Positions 34,930 through 44,682 of a DNA stretch of 64,000 nt are shown one piece after another. Made by a program: the position numbers and the translations under genes. This DNA comes from a virus: IMG/VR virus record IMGVR_UViG_3300024308_000006, positions 1 to 64,000 of that record, one strand, 5' to 3'. The notes below the pieces were generated by a model. That model had not been told where the DNA came from. It made no database searches and was given only the letters and a program-made list of their open reading frames with translations. The first letter of the stretch is position 1; each line of letters opens with the position of its first letter.

Positions 34930-36222
34930 TTAGCCGACCTGATTCAGCGGCACCACGGTGTCGAGCACCGAGGCACCGTAGTCGGTGAACTCGACGCGCT
35001 CGCCGGTGTTGACCGCGAAACGGATCTTGGAGGTGCCGAGGATGGCGCCGATCAGCAGCTCCACCTTGTCGCCGTGATCCATCTCCTTCTCGCTCCAGAA
35101 GAACGGCACGCCGGACTTGTCGGAGCGGCCGAGCGCCTGGGCAACGGCCTGGCCGCCGAGCAGGATCGCGCGGTCCACCGCGTACTGAGTGCCGAAGCTG
35201 GACGGCACGACGCAGGTGCTCTCGGTTTCGCTGGCGAAGTCGGCGCAGTAGCGCACGGTGTTGCCGGCGAAGAAGCGGATCGGGATGTTCTGCTTGATGA
35301 TCAGGAAGTTGTTCCACAGGCCGACTTCACCCTTGAAGATCGGGTGCCCCTTGGCGTTGGCGGCGCGCGCCAGGGCGGCAGCCTGCATGGAGCGGAACGC
35401 CGGATCGGCAGCGAACTGGTTGTACTGCAACGGAGTCACCAGCAGCACGCGGATCGGGTCGTCCTCGGCGGCCTCGTCGCCCTCGAACTGGACGGGCGGC
35501 GGCGGCATGACCATCTCGTCCATCACTGCGCGCAGGGAATCGACCACGCTCATGCTCAGCACGTCGGTGCTGGCAATATCCATCTCGCCCGCATTGACCT
35601 TGAAGCTGGTCACGCCAGAGCCGTCCACCATGAAGTGGCGGTTTTTGGTCGGCGCCTTGACGCGGTTGACCATCACGGCCGCGAACTTCGGATCGGTGTC
35701 GAGCGGCACGCTCCAGGTCTGGTTCATCACGTTGCCGCGAGCGCCGGCCGCATGGATGATCAGGCTCTGATCCAGGTAGCGGTCCATAGTCGCCTGTGCG
35801 ACCGGGCGGCCCAGCTTGCGGAAGTCCACCGGCGAGCGAATGTCGGTCATGGTGTCCGACAGCTTGACCGGGATACGGGCCTGGTTCACGCGCAGGCGGT
35901 CTTCCTCGATGCTCATGCCGGTGCCACGGCCCTCGGCGTACTCGCTGCCCATGATCGGGATGGCGCCGAAGGGGTTGACCAGGTTGAAGGTGACTTCATC
36001 ACCCATGCCCTTGCCCAAGTCCATGCAGCGGACGATCGGCAGGTGCTTGCTGGTCTGCTTCTTGATGGTGGCCACGGCGCCGGCCTCGCCCTTGGGCATG
36101 GAGCCGATCAGACGCGACAGCTTGTTGTTGCGCTTGAGGTGAGTGGCGAACAGACCTACGGCCTGCTGCATCATGTTTTTCTTGTCGCCATAGGCGGCAT
36201 GCGAGTTCTGAGCGGTAGGCAT
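34930..36222 (-). CDS. Major capsid protein, 430 aa
   Basis: Strong AAGGAGAG SD, a position directly after the scaffold gene, and a typical size. It resembles what I recall as N4-gp56-family capsid proteins, but that is unverified. Confidence 0.8.
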   Translation of the reverse strand: MPTAQNSHAAYGDKKNMMQQAVGLFATHLKRNNKLSRLIGSMPKGEAGAVATIKKQTSKHLPIVRCMDLGKGMGDEVTFNLVNPFGAIPIMGSEYAEGRGTGMSIEEDRLRVNQARIPVKLSDTMTDIRSPVDFRKLGRPVAQATMDRYLDQSLIIHAAGARGNVMNQTWSVPLDTDPKFAAVMVNRVKAPTKNRHFMVDGSGVTSFKVNAGEMDIASTDVLSMSVVDSLRAVMDEMVMPPPPVQFEGDEAAEDDPIRVLLVTPLQYNQFAADPAFRSMQAAALARAANAKGHPIFKGEVGLWNNFLIIKQNIPIRFFAGNTVRYCADFASETESTCVVPSSFGTQYAVDRAILLGGQAVAQALGRSDKSGVPFFWSEKEMDHGDKVELLIGAILGTSKIRFAVNTGERVEFTDYGASVLDTVVPLNQVG

Positions 36223-36235
36223 GCTCGTGCTCTCC

Positions 36236-37261
36236 TTAGAGGTTGTTTAGCCAGGCTTCCATCTGCTCGCGGGACATGGAATCCATGTTCTGCAAGAGCT
36301 CGAAGCCTTCCATATGGGCCAGCGCTTCATCTCGACCCACTCCAGCCGAACGGCCACCGGCAATGTCGGTTAGGCTGTTCGGAACCGGCGCGGTCGCTTG
36401 TGCGGCGGCCTGCTGTGCTTTGGTTTTCACATCGGCCGCAGCCGATGCACCTGGTTGAGTTACACCTGTGGCCTGCTTGAAGGCGTCGAACAGTTCAATC
36501 ACCTGCCCGGTGCTGCCCTGCTGGAGCACGGCGGCGTAGGCATCACGCGCGTAGGAGGGCTGCGAATTGATCCAGTCGGCCAACTCCCTGCTCTCGACAA
36601 TGGAGTCGGCGTCCGGGTGCGCCTCGTAGATGGCGGCGTAGTGCTGATTGGTGAGCTCGCTCGCCTGCTTGGCCTGGATTGGCTCCAGCGCCTTGCTTAC
36701 CCTCGCCTCCACCTGGCTTGCCACCAGCGTGGCGATACCCTTCGCCAGCGCCTCCTCGGAGAAGTCCCCGAAAATCCCCGGATCGACACCCTGGTCGATG
36801 GCCGCTTGCGCTGCCGCCACCTGGTTGTCGGTCTTGGTCGGTGCCTCGCCCGCCTCGGCACGCGCTTGAGCTTGAGATCGAAGGCTCTCCAGCTCGCGTT
36901 GTGCCGCTGCCGCTCGTTCCTCTGCCGCTTCACGCAGCGCGCGCTCGGATCTTGCCTGTTCGCGCGCCTCGGTCAGGCGGTCAAAAGGAATGGTGTGCTT
37001 GCCGTCCTTGGTCAGGACTACGGTGTTGTCGGCATTCAGCTCAGGCTCCTGGCCCTTCTGCTTGCCTTCGTCCGCAGCCTCACTGTTCGCGCTCTCGGCC
37101 TCTTTTCCACCATGCGCCTGGGCAGCCTCGGGCTGTGCTGCCTGCTCCGACAACAATGCGCCGGTATCGCCCTGTCCCAGCCCAAGGAGCTGGTCTAGTT
37201 GCTCGGGGGAAATCTCGCCGTCAAGCGACTCGATGAACTCGTTTTCCTGATCGGTATTCAT
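36236..37261 (-). CDS. Scaffolding protein, 341 aa
   Basis: Acidic, Ala/Gln/Glu-rich, predicted coiled coil, immediately upstream of the capsid gene. Confidence 0.75.
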   Translation of the reverse strand: MNTDQENEFIESLDGEISPEQLDQLLGLGQGDTGALLSEQAAQPEAAQAHGGKEAESANSEAADEGKQKGQEPELNADNTVVLTKDGKHTIPFDRLTEAREQARSERALREAAEERAAAAQRELESLRSQAQARAEAGEAPTKTDNQVAAAQAAIDQGVDPGIFGDFSEEALAKGIATLVASQVEARVSKALEPIQAKQASELTNQHYAAIYEAHPDADSIVESRELADWINSQPSYARDAYAAVLQQGSTGQVIELFDAFKQATGVTQPGASAAADVKTKAQQAAAQATAPVPNSLTDIAGGRSAGVGRDEALAHMEGFELLQNMDSMSREQMEAWLNNL

Positions 37262-37386
37262 GCCTGTCCCGCCACATATCGCCGTGGCCGCTATGGGTCA
37301 TCAGCACGCGGATTGCTCCGCATATCGCCGCAGCGCACGGGTGCGCGTTGGCTTGGCAGCGAGTGTGAAAACGAGGGGGAGAAACA

Positions 37387-37424
37387 CCTAGCCCTACAGG
37401 GGTGAACCACCTATAGGGCCAGGG
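37387..37424 (-). promoter_or_regulatory. Inverted pair of the conserved late-region motif (forms a hairpin)
   Basis: The + strand reads CCTAGCCCTACAGGGGTG-aac-CACCTATAGGGCCAGGG. It lies in the 183-nt gap between the SGNH gene and the scaffold gene, 126 nt upstream of the scaffold ATG. Confidence 0.55.
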
Positions 37425-37444
37425 CATTTCAGGATGGATTGCGG

Positions 37445-38818
37445 CTATTCCTTGTAACCCACCAGGCCGCGCGGATCGGCAACCTGGCGAAGCTCAACCG
37501 CTCCGAGCTTGACCACATGGTTGCCGGACGCCCCGCCGCCGGTAGACCCGACGCGAAGCTCTACCCGCCAGCGCAAGCTGGGAGATGCGTTGACCAATTG
37601 GATGGGCGGCGTCACCAGCATGCCGTTGAGCTGGCGCATCGGCAGCTTCACATAACCTGAGCCGGGGTCAAACGGCTCAAGGTCATAGGCGATCAGCCCG
37701 CCTATGCCGTTGTCCTTGAGGTACAGCGACACCCCTTGCCAGCCATTGGCTGGCCCAATCTCGCACTCACAGGACGCCTGCACCCACGCTCCAGCCGGCA
37801 ATGTGTGCGGGGTGTCACTTGGGGAAGTCGCAAAGTAGAGAAGCGAATCGGTCGCGCCTGGTGTAATCGTCAGCACTTGCCAGTCGCCGCGCCCGTCGCT
37901 GCGTGCTTCCTTGCTGGCGACCATAGTTGCATCGCCGGTCGAGCGCATGGCTTGCCGGTTGGTAGCCACACTTCCGCTGACACCTGCCCCTACCGTGCCG
38001 CTTGTGCCAGTACAGAACGGATTGGGGAGCAGGTTGCCGCTCGGGTTGTGAGTGGCATCGAACAGGTCGTCGGCAGACCACACGCGCGGAAACGCTTCCG
38101 GAAGCAACTTGGCGGCGAAGTTGGCGAAGCCTTCGCCCACAGACACGCCGCCTGGGCACTGGAAGTGGATGAAGTCCGGAGAGAACCCAGCCTTCGGCTC
38201 ACCGTTGGCATTCGTGAAGTCGACCCAGTAGGCGTTCCAGTCGAAGTAGTAGCAATCTGGCGTTGCCTTACAGAATTGGATGGTTTGGTTGTTGACCCAT
38301 GCGGCCTTCTTGCGCTCTGCGCTGCCAGCAGCCCAGGAGCCTGTGCCGCGAGCCAGGATGGGCAACATGATCACGGAAATGCCTGCAGCCAGGTAGTAGC
38401 GCGCCAGTTCTACCCTGGCGGCGTGGATGGCCTCTTTGGCCAAGGGGGCCATGTCATTGGTGCCGGCATCAATAACGACCCAGCCGCAGTCAACAGCGCT
38501 TTTCAAGAACTGCTTGCGCGCCTCGATGAGCGCAATAGTCTGGCCTGACACGCCGGCATTGAGCCCACGGAAGAAGCGCGTTGCGCCCGGCGCCTGAGAG
38601 GGCTCCCAGCCAAGGTAGACCGCAGGGTCGTGCCAGATTTCGCAGGAGAAGCGGCCTTTGGCGAAATACCGCGCCCAGGACAGCCAGCCGCGATTCCAAT
38701 GGCTGATTTTACTGGCGGTCGCGGCATCATTCTGCTGCACCAATGATGTACCTAGAACGCCGATGGTGGTAGCGGCGCCAGCAACGGGCGCGGCCTTGGG
38801 GTTGAGTAGTAGGCTCAT
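37445..38818 (-). CDS. SGNH/GDSL-family hydrolase with a C-terminal beta-rich (carbohydrate-binding-like) domain, 457 aa
   Basis: Block I VLGTSLV, block II GVSGQT, block III DAGTNDM, block V DFIHF (DxxH). The C-terminal ~190 aa are Gly/Ser/Thr-rich and beta-like. Confidence 0.75.
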   Translation of the reverse strand: MSLLLNPKAAPVAGAATTIGVLGTSLVQQNDAATASKISHWNRGWLSWARYFAKGRFSCEIWHDPAVYLGWEPSQAPGATRFFRGLNAGVSGQTIALIEARKQFLKSAVDCGWVVIDAGTNDMAPLAKEAIHAARVELARYYLAAGISVIMLPILARGTGSWAAGSAERKKAAWVNNQTIQFCKATPDCYYFDWNAYWVDFTNANGEPKAGFSPDFIHFQCPGGVSVGEGFANFAAKLLPEAFPRVWSADDLFDATHNPSGNLLPNPFCTGTSGTVGAGVSGSVATNRQAMRSTGDATMVASKEARSDGRGDWQVLTITPGATDSLLYFATSPSDTPHTLPAGAWVQASCECEIGPANGWQGVSLYLKDNGIGGLIAYDLEPFDPGSGYVKLPMRQLNGMLVTPPIQLVNASPSLRWRVELRVGSTGGGASGNHVVKLGAVELRQVADPRGLVGYKE

Positions 38819-39045
38819 TCGATTGAATACTCCGCGCCGCCAGTGGGAGTGAAGCGCACCGGGCCAAGCCCGAAGTTCATCAGGTGCGCACCGTCTGCAG
38901 CGAATGTGTCGGCAACTATCCAGTTGTCACCCACCCGCTTCTCTACCGCGAGCGACCCACCATTGGCGCGGATGATCAGCATGCGAACTTGATCGCCATT
39001 GGTGTACTGCTTCACGGCCTGCGTATTCAGCTTTCTATTCGACAT
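38815..39045 (-). CDS. Hypothetical protein, 76 aa
   Basis: The ATG at 39045 has AAGGAGA 7 nt upstream. The track ATG at 39051 is too close to that SD. Confidence 0.6.
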   Translation of the reverse strand: MSNRKLNTQAVKQYTNGDQVRMLIIRANGGSLAVEKRVGDNWIVADTFAADGAHLMNFGLGPVRFTPTGGAEYSIE

Positions 39046-39114
39046 TGGCATTCTCCTTGGCGGCCAGCCATGTGCCGCCTATCAGTCAGCGATCCATTGG
39101 TTTTCTTACGCTGT

Positions 39115-39609
39115 TCAGTCGGCGCGCTCGCCCATGCAGGCCGCGACCGCCTCAGACGAGAGCAGCGGCACATTTGCGGCATGCGCCAGCACAGTGGTGT
39201 CGTGCTCCAGCTCCAGCGGCACGCCATTGACCTTGATCACCGCGCCACGATTGAGGAACAAGCGCACACGCGGATCGCTCGTCGCGCAGGAGCCGCAGCC
39301 GGAGCAGGCTTTTGCCTCGGCGGCCTCAGTCTTGGCGGCCTGGCCCTGCTGGTAGGGCATCCACTCGGCGTAACCGGCATTGTCGCGCACGCTGTCGCCA
39401 GCCTGGAGCAGGGTCACGCTGCGCTTCTCGTGAGCGCCGCCGCCGTGGTCGGTGATGAGCAGATTGATCATGCGGTCGCTATGCACGAACACCACTTGCG
39501 CGGTGAACGGCTGATCGCTGCCTGGGTAGGCGAACATCCCGGCTTCAATGTCCTGGGTGCTCGGCCAGTACCAGAGAACGCGGCCAACGGTGGGCTTGAT
39601 GATCGGCAT
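39115..39609 (-). CDS. Hypothetical protein, 164 aa
   Basis: The ATG at 39609 (MPIIKPTVG...) has an AAGGAGAG SD. The longer track ORF overlaps the upstream gene. Confidence 0.65.
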   Translation of the reverse strand: MPIIKPTVGRVLWYWPSTQDIEAGMFAYPGSDQPFTAQVVFVHSDRMINLLITDHGGGAHEKRSVTLLQAGDSVRDNAGYAEWMPYQQGQAAKTEAAEAKACSGCGSCATSDPRVRLFLNRGAVIKVNGVPLELEHDTTVLAHAANVPLLSSEAVAACMGERAD

Positions 39610-39623
39610 GCGGTGACTCTCCT

Positions 39624-39851
39624 TTAGCTCTTGCGGTAGTAGCGCGAGCCGAACAGGCGCACGCCGATAAACATGGTCAGGCCGATGGCTCCGGCGAGCA
39701 GGCTCATAGCGCCGCTTCCGCCACTGCCGGCTACGCATGACAGCAGGCCAAGGTCGGCCTCGATGCGGCCGATCTGCGCGGCGTAGGCCGCGTCATGCGC
39801 CTGGCAGCAGGTCGCCCACCAGCCCTCTGGGAAGTGCGTGCAGTAGTCCAT
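39624..39851 (-). CDS. Small membrane protein, 75 aa (CCxxHD motif plus C-terminal TM)
   Basis: MDYCTHFPEGWWATCCQAHDAAY..., then hydrophobic LLAGAIGLTMFIGVRLF. Confidence 0.6.
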   Translation of the reverse strand: MDYCTHFPEGWWATCCQAHDAAYAAQIGRIEADLGLLSCVAGSGGSGAMSLLAGAIGLTMFIGVRLFGSRYYRKS

Positions 39852-40025
39852 CTACTCAGCCTCCCGTGGGTGCGCGTCGATCTCGGCGCGGATTTGCTCG
39901 CGCCGCTCGATGCTCATGTCCTCCCGCTGAGCGAGCAGGGTCAGCGCCTGCTGGTACTCGGCCTGGGTAAATGGGCGGTGGTACTGGTGGCCGGCTGGCG
40001 TGCAGCCACGGCATGGCTCGCTCAT
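39852..40025 (-). CDS. Small protein, 57 aa (not in the ORF track)
   Basis: Hand translation: MSEPCRGCTPAGHQYHRPFTQAEYQQALTLLAQREDMSIERREQIRAEIDAHPREAE. The ATG overlaps the portal stop (ATGA), and the TAG directly abuts the next ATG. Confidence 0.55.
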   Translation of the reverse strand: MSEPCRGCTPAGHQYHRPFTQAEYQQALTLLAQREDMSIERREQIRAEIDAHPREAE

Positions 40026-42286
40026 ACCGGAGCCCCCAGGTTGTCGGCCGGGGTTGCCGTCTCGATGCCCTGCTGCCCAGTGCCGGCCACGGCCGGGAAC
40101 TGCGGGCTGGTGTTGGTTGGCGCTTCAATGCCTGCGTCACCTCCCACGGTCACGGCGCCCTCTCCCTGCACATACGGCGATGCGATGTTCATGGCGGCGG
40201 CCTGCTCGGGCACCGGGAAGTTCGGGTCTTGCCCGCCTGGTTGGTTCTGGAACCCGGCCGCCTGCATCATCTTGTCGGCGATGGGCGCGATCATCGGCAT
40301 CTGCGCCACCTGCGCGCCGCCCTGCATGCTGGAGAACATCGCCTGAATCAGGGTCAGCACGGTCTTGGCGTCCATGCCGCGCATCTCGCTAGCCTGCCGC
40401 TCGGCTTTCAGGTCGAGCTCGCGCTGCTTGATGTCGTTGCCGGCGTCCTTGAGCGCCTGCTGAATCTGCTGCTCGATCTGCTCCGGGGTCTGCTGCTGAT
40501 CCACGGCGCGGATCGCCTCGACCACATCGCGCTTGAACGGCACGTCCATGAGGCTGACCAAGAACGGCAGCACTGCGGCCTGGTACTGCTGCGGCATGGC
40601 CTTGACCGCCTCGCTCATCGCGTTGAGCTGCTGGCCACGGTAGGAGTTGGTGGACGGCACGTCTTCCAGCGCCACCTTGAGCCGGGTGCGCTGCAGGTCG
40701 TTCGACAGGTACGGATAGCCGCGCTCGTCCACCTCCGGCTTGTTGATCTGCACGGCGCGGTCAGCGGTGACGGCATCGCCCTCGATGATGATGGTGGCCG
40801 GCTCGCTACCCATATCCTCGACGATCATCGCCAACAGCAGCTCACCGATCAGCGACCTGGCGGCGCGGAAGTTGTCCATGATGTGGCCGAGCGACTGATT
40901 GCTCTGCTCCACCTGCGTCTGTTCCTGCAGGCCCGACCTTGCGGTTCCGGCCTTACCCATAAAGCCGCTGGTGATGCCGGACACGCGCTCAAAGGTGGCG
41001 CGGTTGTCGGCCAGCATCTGGTGGTGCTGATCGGTCAGGGTGTAGTCGCGTTTGACATCGAAGCGAGCTCCAGGCTGCGCCATGTGCTGGCGGTTGAGCA
41101 CGATGTCGGCGTCAGGCCGCGCAATCTGGCGCCTGAGCTGGGCATCCGTCATATCGGTGGCGCCTTCGGTACGCTCGACGCGCACCACGTTCATGCCCCA
41201 GCGCAGCTTGCTGATACCGCTGTTGAGACTGTCCTGGGCGTACTTCATGCTGCGCACATAGCCGTAGGGCACGCCGGTCGCATCTTCGCGGAAGCCGAAG
41301 AACGGGACGTAGGGGAAGTGCCGGTGGGTGTACGGCGTCGGGCCGTCGAACAGGCGGTGCGGGCCGAGCCAGTATGAGCGCCGCACGCGGGCAATGGTGG
41401 CTTGCTGGGCCTTGGCTGCGCCGCTCGCCAGTGCCACCTGGTGGTGCAGGTTCTCCGGGTCGTACTCGACCACGCGGCCGTTCGGTGTCTTGATCACCAG
41501 CACGCTCATCCAGCGCCGATACCAGACTTCGGCCAGGCAGACTTCGCGGGTGGTCGGGTTGAACCATCGGTCTTCCTGCATCGTCCATGCGCGCGCTTCA
41601 TCCCAGGCATTGTTCAAGCCGGTGCTTGCGCCTCCTTCACTGTACAGGCTGTCATCCATCCACCAGCCATTGCCGCCACGGCCGCATGCCTCGATCAGCG
41701 CCTTATGCTGCGGGAAAGTCTCGGCCACGCGCTCAGGCAGCAGCCAGCGCTGACGGCGGAGCCAGCGGCATTGCTCCCAGTCGTCGCCACACTTCATGTC
41801 CCAGTGCATTTCGTTGCGATGCACGGCGCTGACGCGATACGGGTAGCGGATCGGGTCAGGATCGCGGGCCACCTCTACCCAGCCGATGCCGCAGGCGATC
41901 TGCGGGCGGAATGCCTTACTGCATGCTCGATCGGCCTTGCTCTCGCGCTCGGCCTGGTTGAGCTTGAAATTCAGCGCGTCGGCCACGTCCTGGCCGCCAG
42001 GATCACCGTTAGGGGTGACGCGCCAGTCGGTGCGCGTGGTTGACTCATAGCCCTGCAGACTGAGCAGGGTTGGCCCGATCATGTCCTCCACTGCGGGCGG
42101 AATGCCCAGCTCGGCCTGCCGGCGCAGCAGGTCGGAGTCGAGCTGGTTGCCGTCGGCGTAGTCCATCTCCTTGTCGGCAATGGCGCGCCAGCGCGGCTGC
42201 AGCTCAATCTCGTCGTAGAGCTCCTGATACTCGCGCAGCGATAGGGCCAGGTCATCGGTGGTCTGGTTCATGGTTGGTGTCCTCAC
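40022..42286 (-). CDS. Portal protein, 754 aa
   Basis: Called from its size, its position immediately downstream of TerL (ATGA overlap) and an acidic Gly/Gln-rich C-terminus. Confidence 0.85.
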   Translation of the reverse strand: MRTPTMNQTTDDLALSLREYQELYDEIELQPRWRAIADKEMDYADGNQLDSDLLRRQAELGIPPAVEDMIGPTLLSLQGYESTTRTDWRVTPNGDPGGQDVADALNFKLNQAERESKADRACSKAFRPQIACGIGWVEVARDPDPIRYPYRVSAVHRNEMHWDMKCGDDWEQCRWLRRQRWLLPERVAETFPQHKALIEACGRGGNGWWMDDSLYSEGGASTGLNNAWDEARAWTMQEDRWFNPTTREVCLAEVWYRRWMSVLVIKTPNGRVVEYDPENLHHQVALASGAAKAQQATIARVRRSYWLGPHRLFDGPTPYTHRHFPYVPFFGFREDATGVPYGYVRSMKYAQDSLNSGISKLRWGMNVVRVERTEGATDMTDAQLRRQIARPDADIVLNRQHMAQPGARFDVKRDYTLTDQHHQMLADNRATFERVSGITSGFMGKAGTARSGLQEQTQVEQSNQSLGHIMDNFRAARSLIGELLLAMIVEDMGSEPATIIIEGDAVTADRAVQINKPEVDERGYPYLSNDLQRTRLKVALEDVPSTNSYRGQQLNAMSEAVKAMPQQYQAAVLPFLVSLMDVPFKRDVVEAIRAVDQQQTPEQIEQQIQQALKDAGNDIKQRELDLKAERQASEMRGMDAKTVLTLIQAMFSSMQGGAQVAQMPMIAPIADKMMQAAGFQNQPGGQDPNFPVPEQAAAMNIASPYVQGEGAVTVGGDAGIEAPTNTSPQFPAVAGTGQQGIETATPADNLGAPV

Positions 42287-43908
42287 AGGCGCCAGTCAGG
42301 CGCCTCGGCTTCTACATAGGTGGATGGCCTGGTGGTGGCGGTGTGCAGCATCCCCAGCTCCTTGGCTTGCGCCCACTGGCGGAAGGCGTCGGCGCCTTCG
42401 CTGCAGCCGTTGCTCTTGTCCGGCTGGTCGGTGTAGCGGTTGTCCGCGCGGCTGAAACGCTTGCGGTAGCCCTCCAGGCGCTGAATGCCCTTGGCGCAGC
42501 CGGTTTCGTCGATCCAGGCGGCCTTCATGTGCTTGCGCACCTGGCTGACGCCCGTGACCAGCTCAGTGATCAGCGGCACGATGGCGAATCGCTCGCCCGG
42601 CATCAGGTCTTGCAGCATCTCCATCGTGCTGCGGTTGTAGTCCGAGAGGCGCTTGTGGTTGGCGTCGTGCGGCAGGTAGTGAGTGCCGAACACATAGCCT
42701 TTCTCGCGCAGCTCGCGGACGTAGTGGCGCAGGTCTTCACCGTGCGCCTCGTAGTAGCTGATGAAGCGATCCTCGCCGCGCAGCTCTTGGTGGAACCAGA
42801 TCGCGCAGCCGTCGCTGTTGCCGATGTCCCAGAAGGTGTTGACCGGCATATCCAGCTCCGGCACGCGGCACACGCCGCCGCGCTTGCGCAGGGCCAGCAT
42901 GTCCTTGGCGTACCAGTTGCCGACGGTGCTGACCTGGAAGGCTTCGGATGGGAAGGACGGGTACTCCTGCCACATTTTTTCTTCGGCGCCGGAGAAGTCG
43001 GCGCGCTTCGTGGCGACGTACCAGGCGCGCTGATCCGGGTCGATGGTGATGCGCTCGCCCATGTCGCGCAGGACGGTGGTCTCAACCAGGTCGAAGTATT
43101 CGTGTTCTTCCTGGGTAATCTCGACCGTGGACGCATCCATGCGGTACTTCGGCTCTTGCCACCAGGCGTAGAAGTGCATGCGGTAGTCGCGCGGGGTGAG
43201 CTTCTTGCGGCTGGCATGGTTGGCCTCGGCAATGCTGACCATCTTGAAGAACTCGCCTTCGCGTCCTTCCGCCGTGCTCTCGATCACCAGAATGCCGTTG
43301 GTGGGCACGGCCGGGATGGAGCCGGTGACGACCTCCTGCGCCTTGTCAGGGTATTTGGCGCAGATTTTCCCGAACTCGGAAACGTGCAGGCGGTGGATCG
43401 TGCCAGAGCGCATCGACGTGGCCACGCGGACGCTGCTGTTGTTGTGCGCAAATAACAGCTCGGTCGCCGAGTCGCGCGCCAGCGGGAAGCGCTCGCGGAT
43501 TTCGTCGGGCAGGTTGGCATAGGCGAACTTAACCTTGTCGCGGAAGATCGCTTCGGCCGCCTCTCGATCCTGGGCGATGATGCCGCAGCGCTGGTCGCCA
43601 TTGAACAGCGCATGATCCAGCCACATGATCGCAACCAGGGTGGTGAAGCCGATCTGTCGCGCCTTGAGAATCAGGTTGCGGTGCCAGAGCCTGCGGATAA
43701 AGCGCCTCTGCGCGCGGTTGGGCTTGAACGGCAGGACAAAGCTGTCGCCTTCCTCGATGCTGCCGTCGGCGCCGATCTTGTCGTCACCCTTGATCATGAT
43801 CTTGTACAGGCAGCCGCTGAACAGTCGCCACTCAGGGTCGGCCAGGCAGCGCGCAAGCTCGGCCGCATCCGTGGGCAGCGGCAGCAATGCTTGGTCTTGG
43901 ACGATCAT
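42283..43908 (-). CDS. terL: Terminase large subunit, 541 aa
   Basis: Walker A-like KARQIGFTT, ...GIIAQDRE..., and a C-terminal nuclease part. Typical position between TerS and the portal. Confidence 0.88.
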   Translation of the reverse strand: MIVQDQALLPLPTDAAELARCLADPEWRLFSGCLYKIMIKGDDKIGADGSIEEGDSFVLPFKPNRAQRRFIRRLWHRNLILKARQIGFTTLVAIMWLDHALFNGDQRCGIIAQDREAAEAIFRDKVKFAYANLPDEIRERFPLARDSATELLFAHNNSSVRVATSMRSGTIHRLHVSEFGKICAKYPDKAQEVVTGSIPAVPTNGILVIESTAEGREGEFFKMVSIAEANHASRKKLTPRDYRMHFYAWWQEPKYRMDASTVEITQEEHEYFDLVETTVLRDMGERITIDPDQRAWYVATKRADFSGAEEKMWQEYPSFPSEAFQVSTVGNWYAKDMLALRKRGGVCRVPELDMPVNTFWDIGNSDGCAIWFHQELRGEDRFISYYEAHGEDLRHYVRELREKGYVFGTHYLPHDANHKRLSDYNRSTMEMLQDLMPGERFAIVPLITELVTGVSQVRKHMKAAWIDETGCAKGIQRLEGYRKRFSRADNRYTDQPDKSNGCSEGADAFRQWAQAKELGMLHTATTRPSTYVEAEAPDWRL

Positions 43909-44648
43909 TCGTCGTCGCCCTTGGCGTGGTCGGGGTCGTCCGCCACCGGCACGAAGGCGTTACCGCTGGTCTTGGCGATACCGTGCAGCAGCGACGTGAG
44001 CGCATCCACCGGCGCGTTGTCCTTGTCGTCCAGGCCGAAGGCTTGGCGCTCCAGGGCAACCAGCACGCGCAGCGACTCGCCCAAGTCCTTCATGGTCTTG
44101 GCGCGGCCAGGCAGGCTGATGATCTTGTGGTACAGGTCGTTGAGCTTGTCCTGGCCCTTGTCGTCATCGTTGCGCAGTAGTTCGCCCATCTGCTCCAGCA
44201 GGTAGACGTTCTCGGCGCCGGTCTGGTACTCCAGCTCTTCCAGCAGGCGCATGGTGATGCCGCGCGTGCGCTGAATGTCCTTGCGGTGCGCCAGCTTCAC
44301 GGCAGCGACAGCCTGGGCGTTGGCCTCGATGGTTTCGCGCTCGGAAACAGCGCTTACCGTGTTAACACCCGTGTTAACCGTGGCCTTGTTAACCAGCTCG
44401 TCGGCCTTGGCCTGAATCTTCGCGGCCAGGTCGCGCACCCATCCTTCCTTCTTGGCGCGCTTGCTGATGGTGACGTGGCTGACGCCTGATCCATCGGCAA
44501 TCTCGCGCAGACTCTTAACGCCGGCACGGTAGTCCAGCTCGATGCGCTCCCAGTCGGGCGCGGGCGTACCTGCCGCCTTGCTGGTGGGCTTGGAGGGTGT
44601 CAGGGTGCTTGGAGCGGCGCCGGGCGCCTTGTCGTCTGTGCTGGCCAT
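43905..44648 (-). CDS. terS: Terminase small subunit (HTH-containing), 247 aa
   Basis: N-terminal HTH (SLREIADGSGVSHVTISKRAKKEGW). It overlaps the TerL start and is the first gene of the late block. Confidence 0.75.
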   Translation of the reverse strand: MASTDDKAPGAAPSTLTPSKPTSKAAGTPAPDWERIELDYRAGVKSLREIADGSGVSHVTISKRAKKEGWVRDLAAKIQAKADELVNKATVNTGVNTVSAVSERETIEANAQAVAAVKLAHRKDIQRTRGITMRLLEELEYQTGAENVYLLEQMGELLRNDDDKGQDKLNDLYHKIISLPGRAKTMKDLGESLRVLVALERQAFGLDDKDNAPVDALTSLLHGIAKTSGNAFVPVADDPDHAKGDDE

Positions 44649-44682
44649 AGGCGGCCAGTCTTGGGAGGCAGGGCCGGGTTAT

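Noticed and set aside
39624-39851. A CCxxHD...Y motif (ATCCQAHDAAY) resembling the phospholipase A2 catalytic site in a 75-aa membrane protein.
   Set aside because: The soluble part is only ~45 aa. There is no Ca-binding YxGxG loop and too few cysteines for a PLA2 fold. The match is probably coincidental, so I list it only as a small membrane protein.
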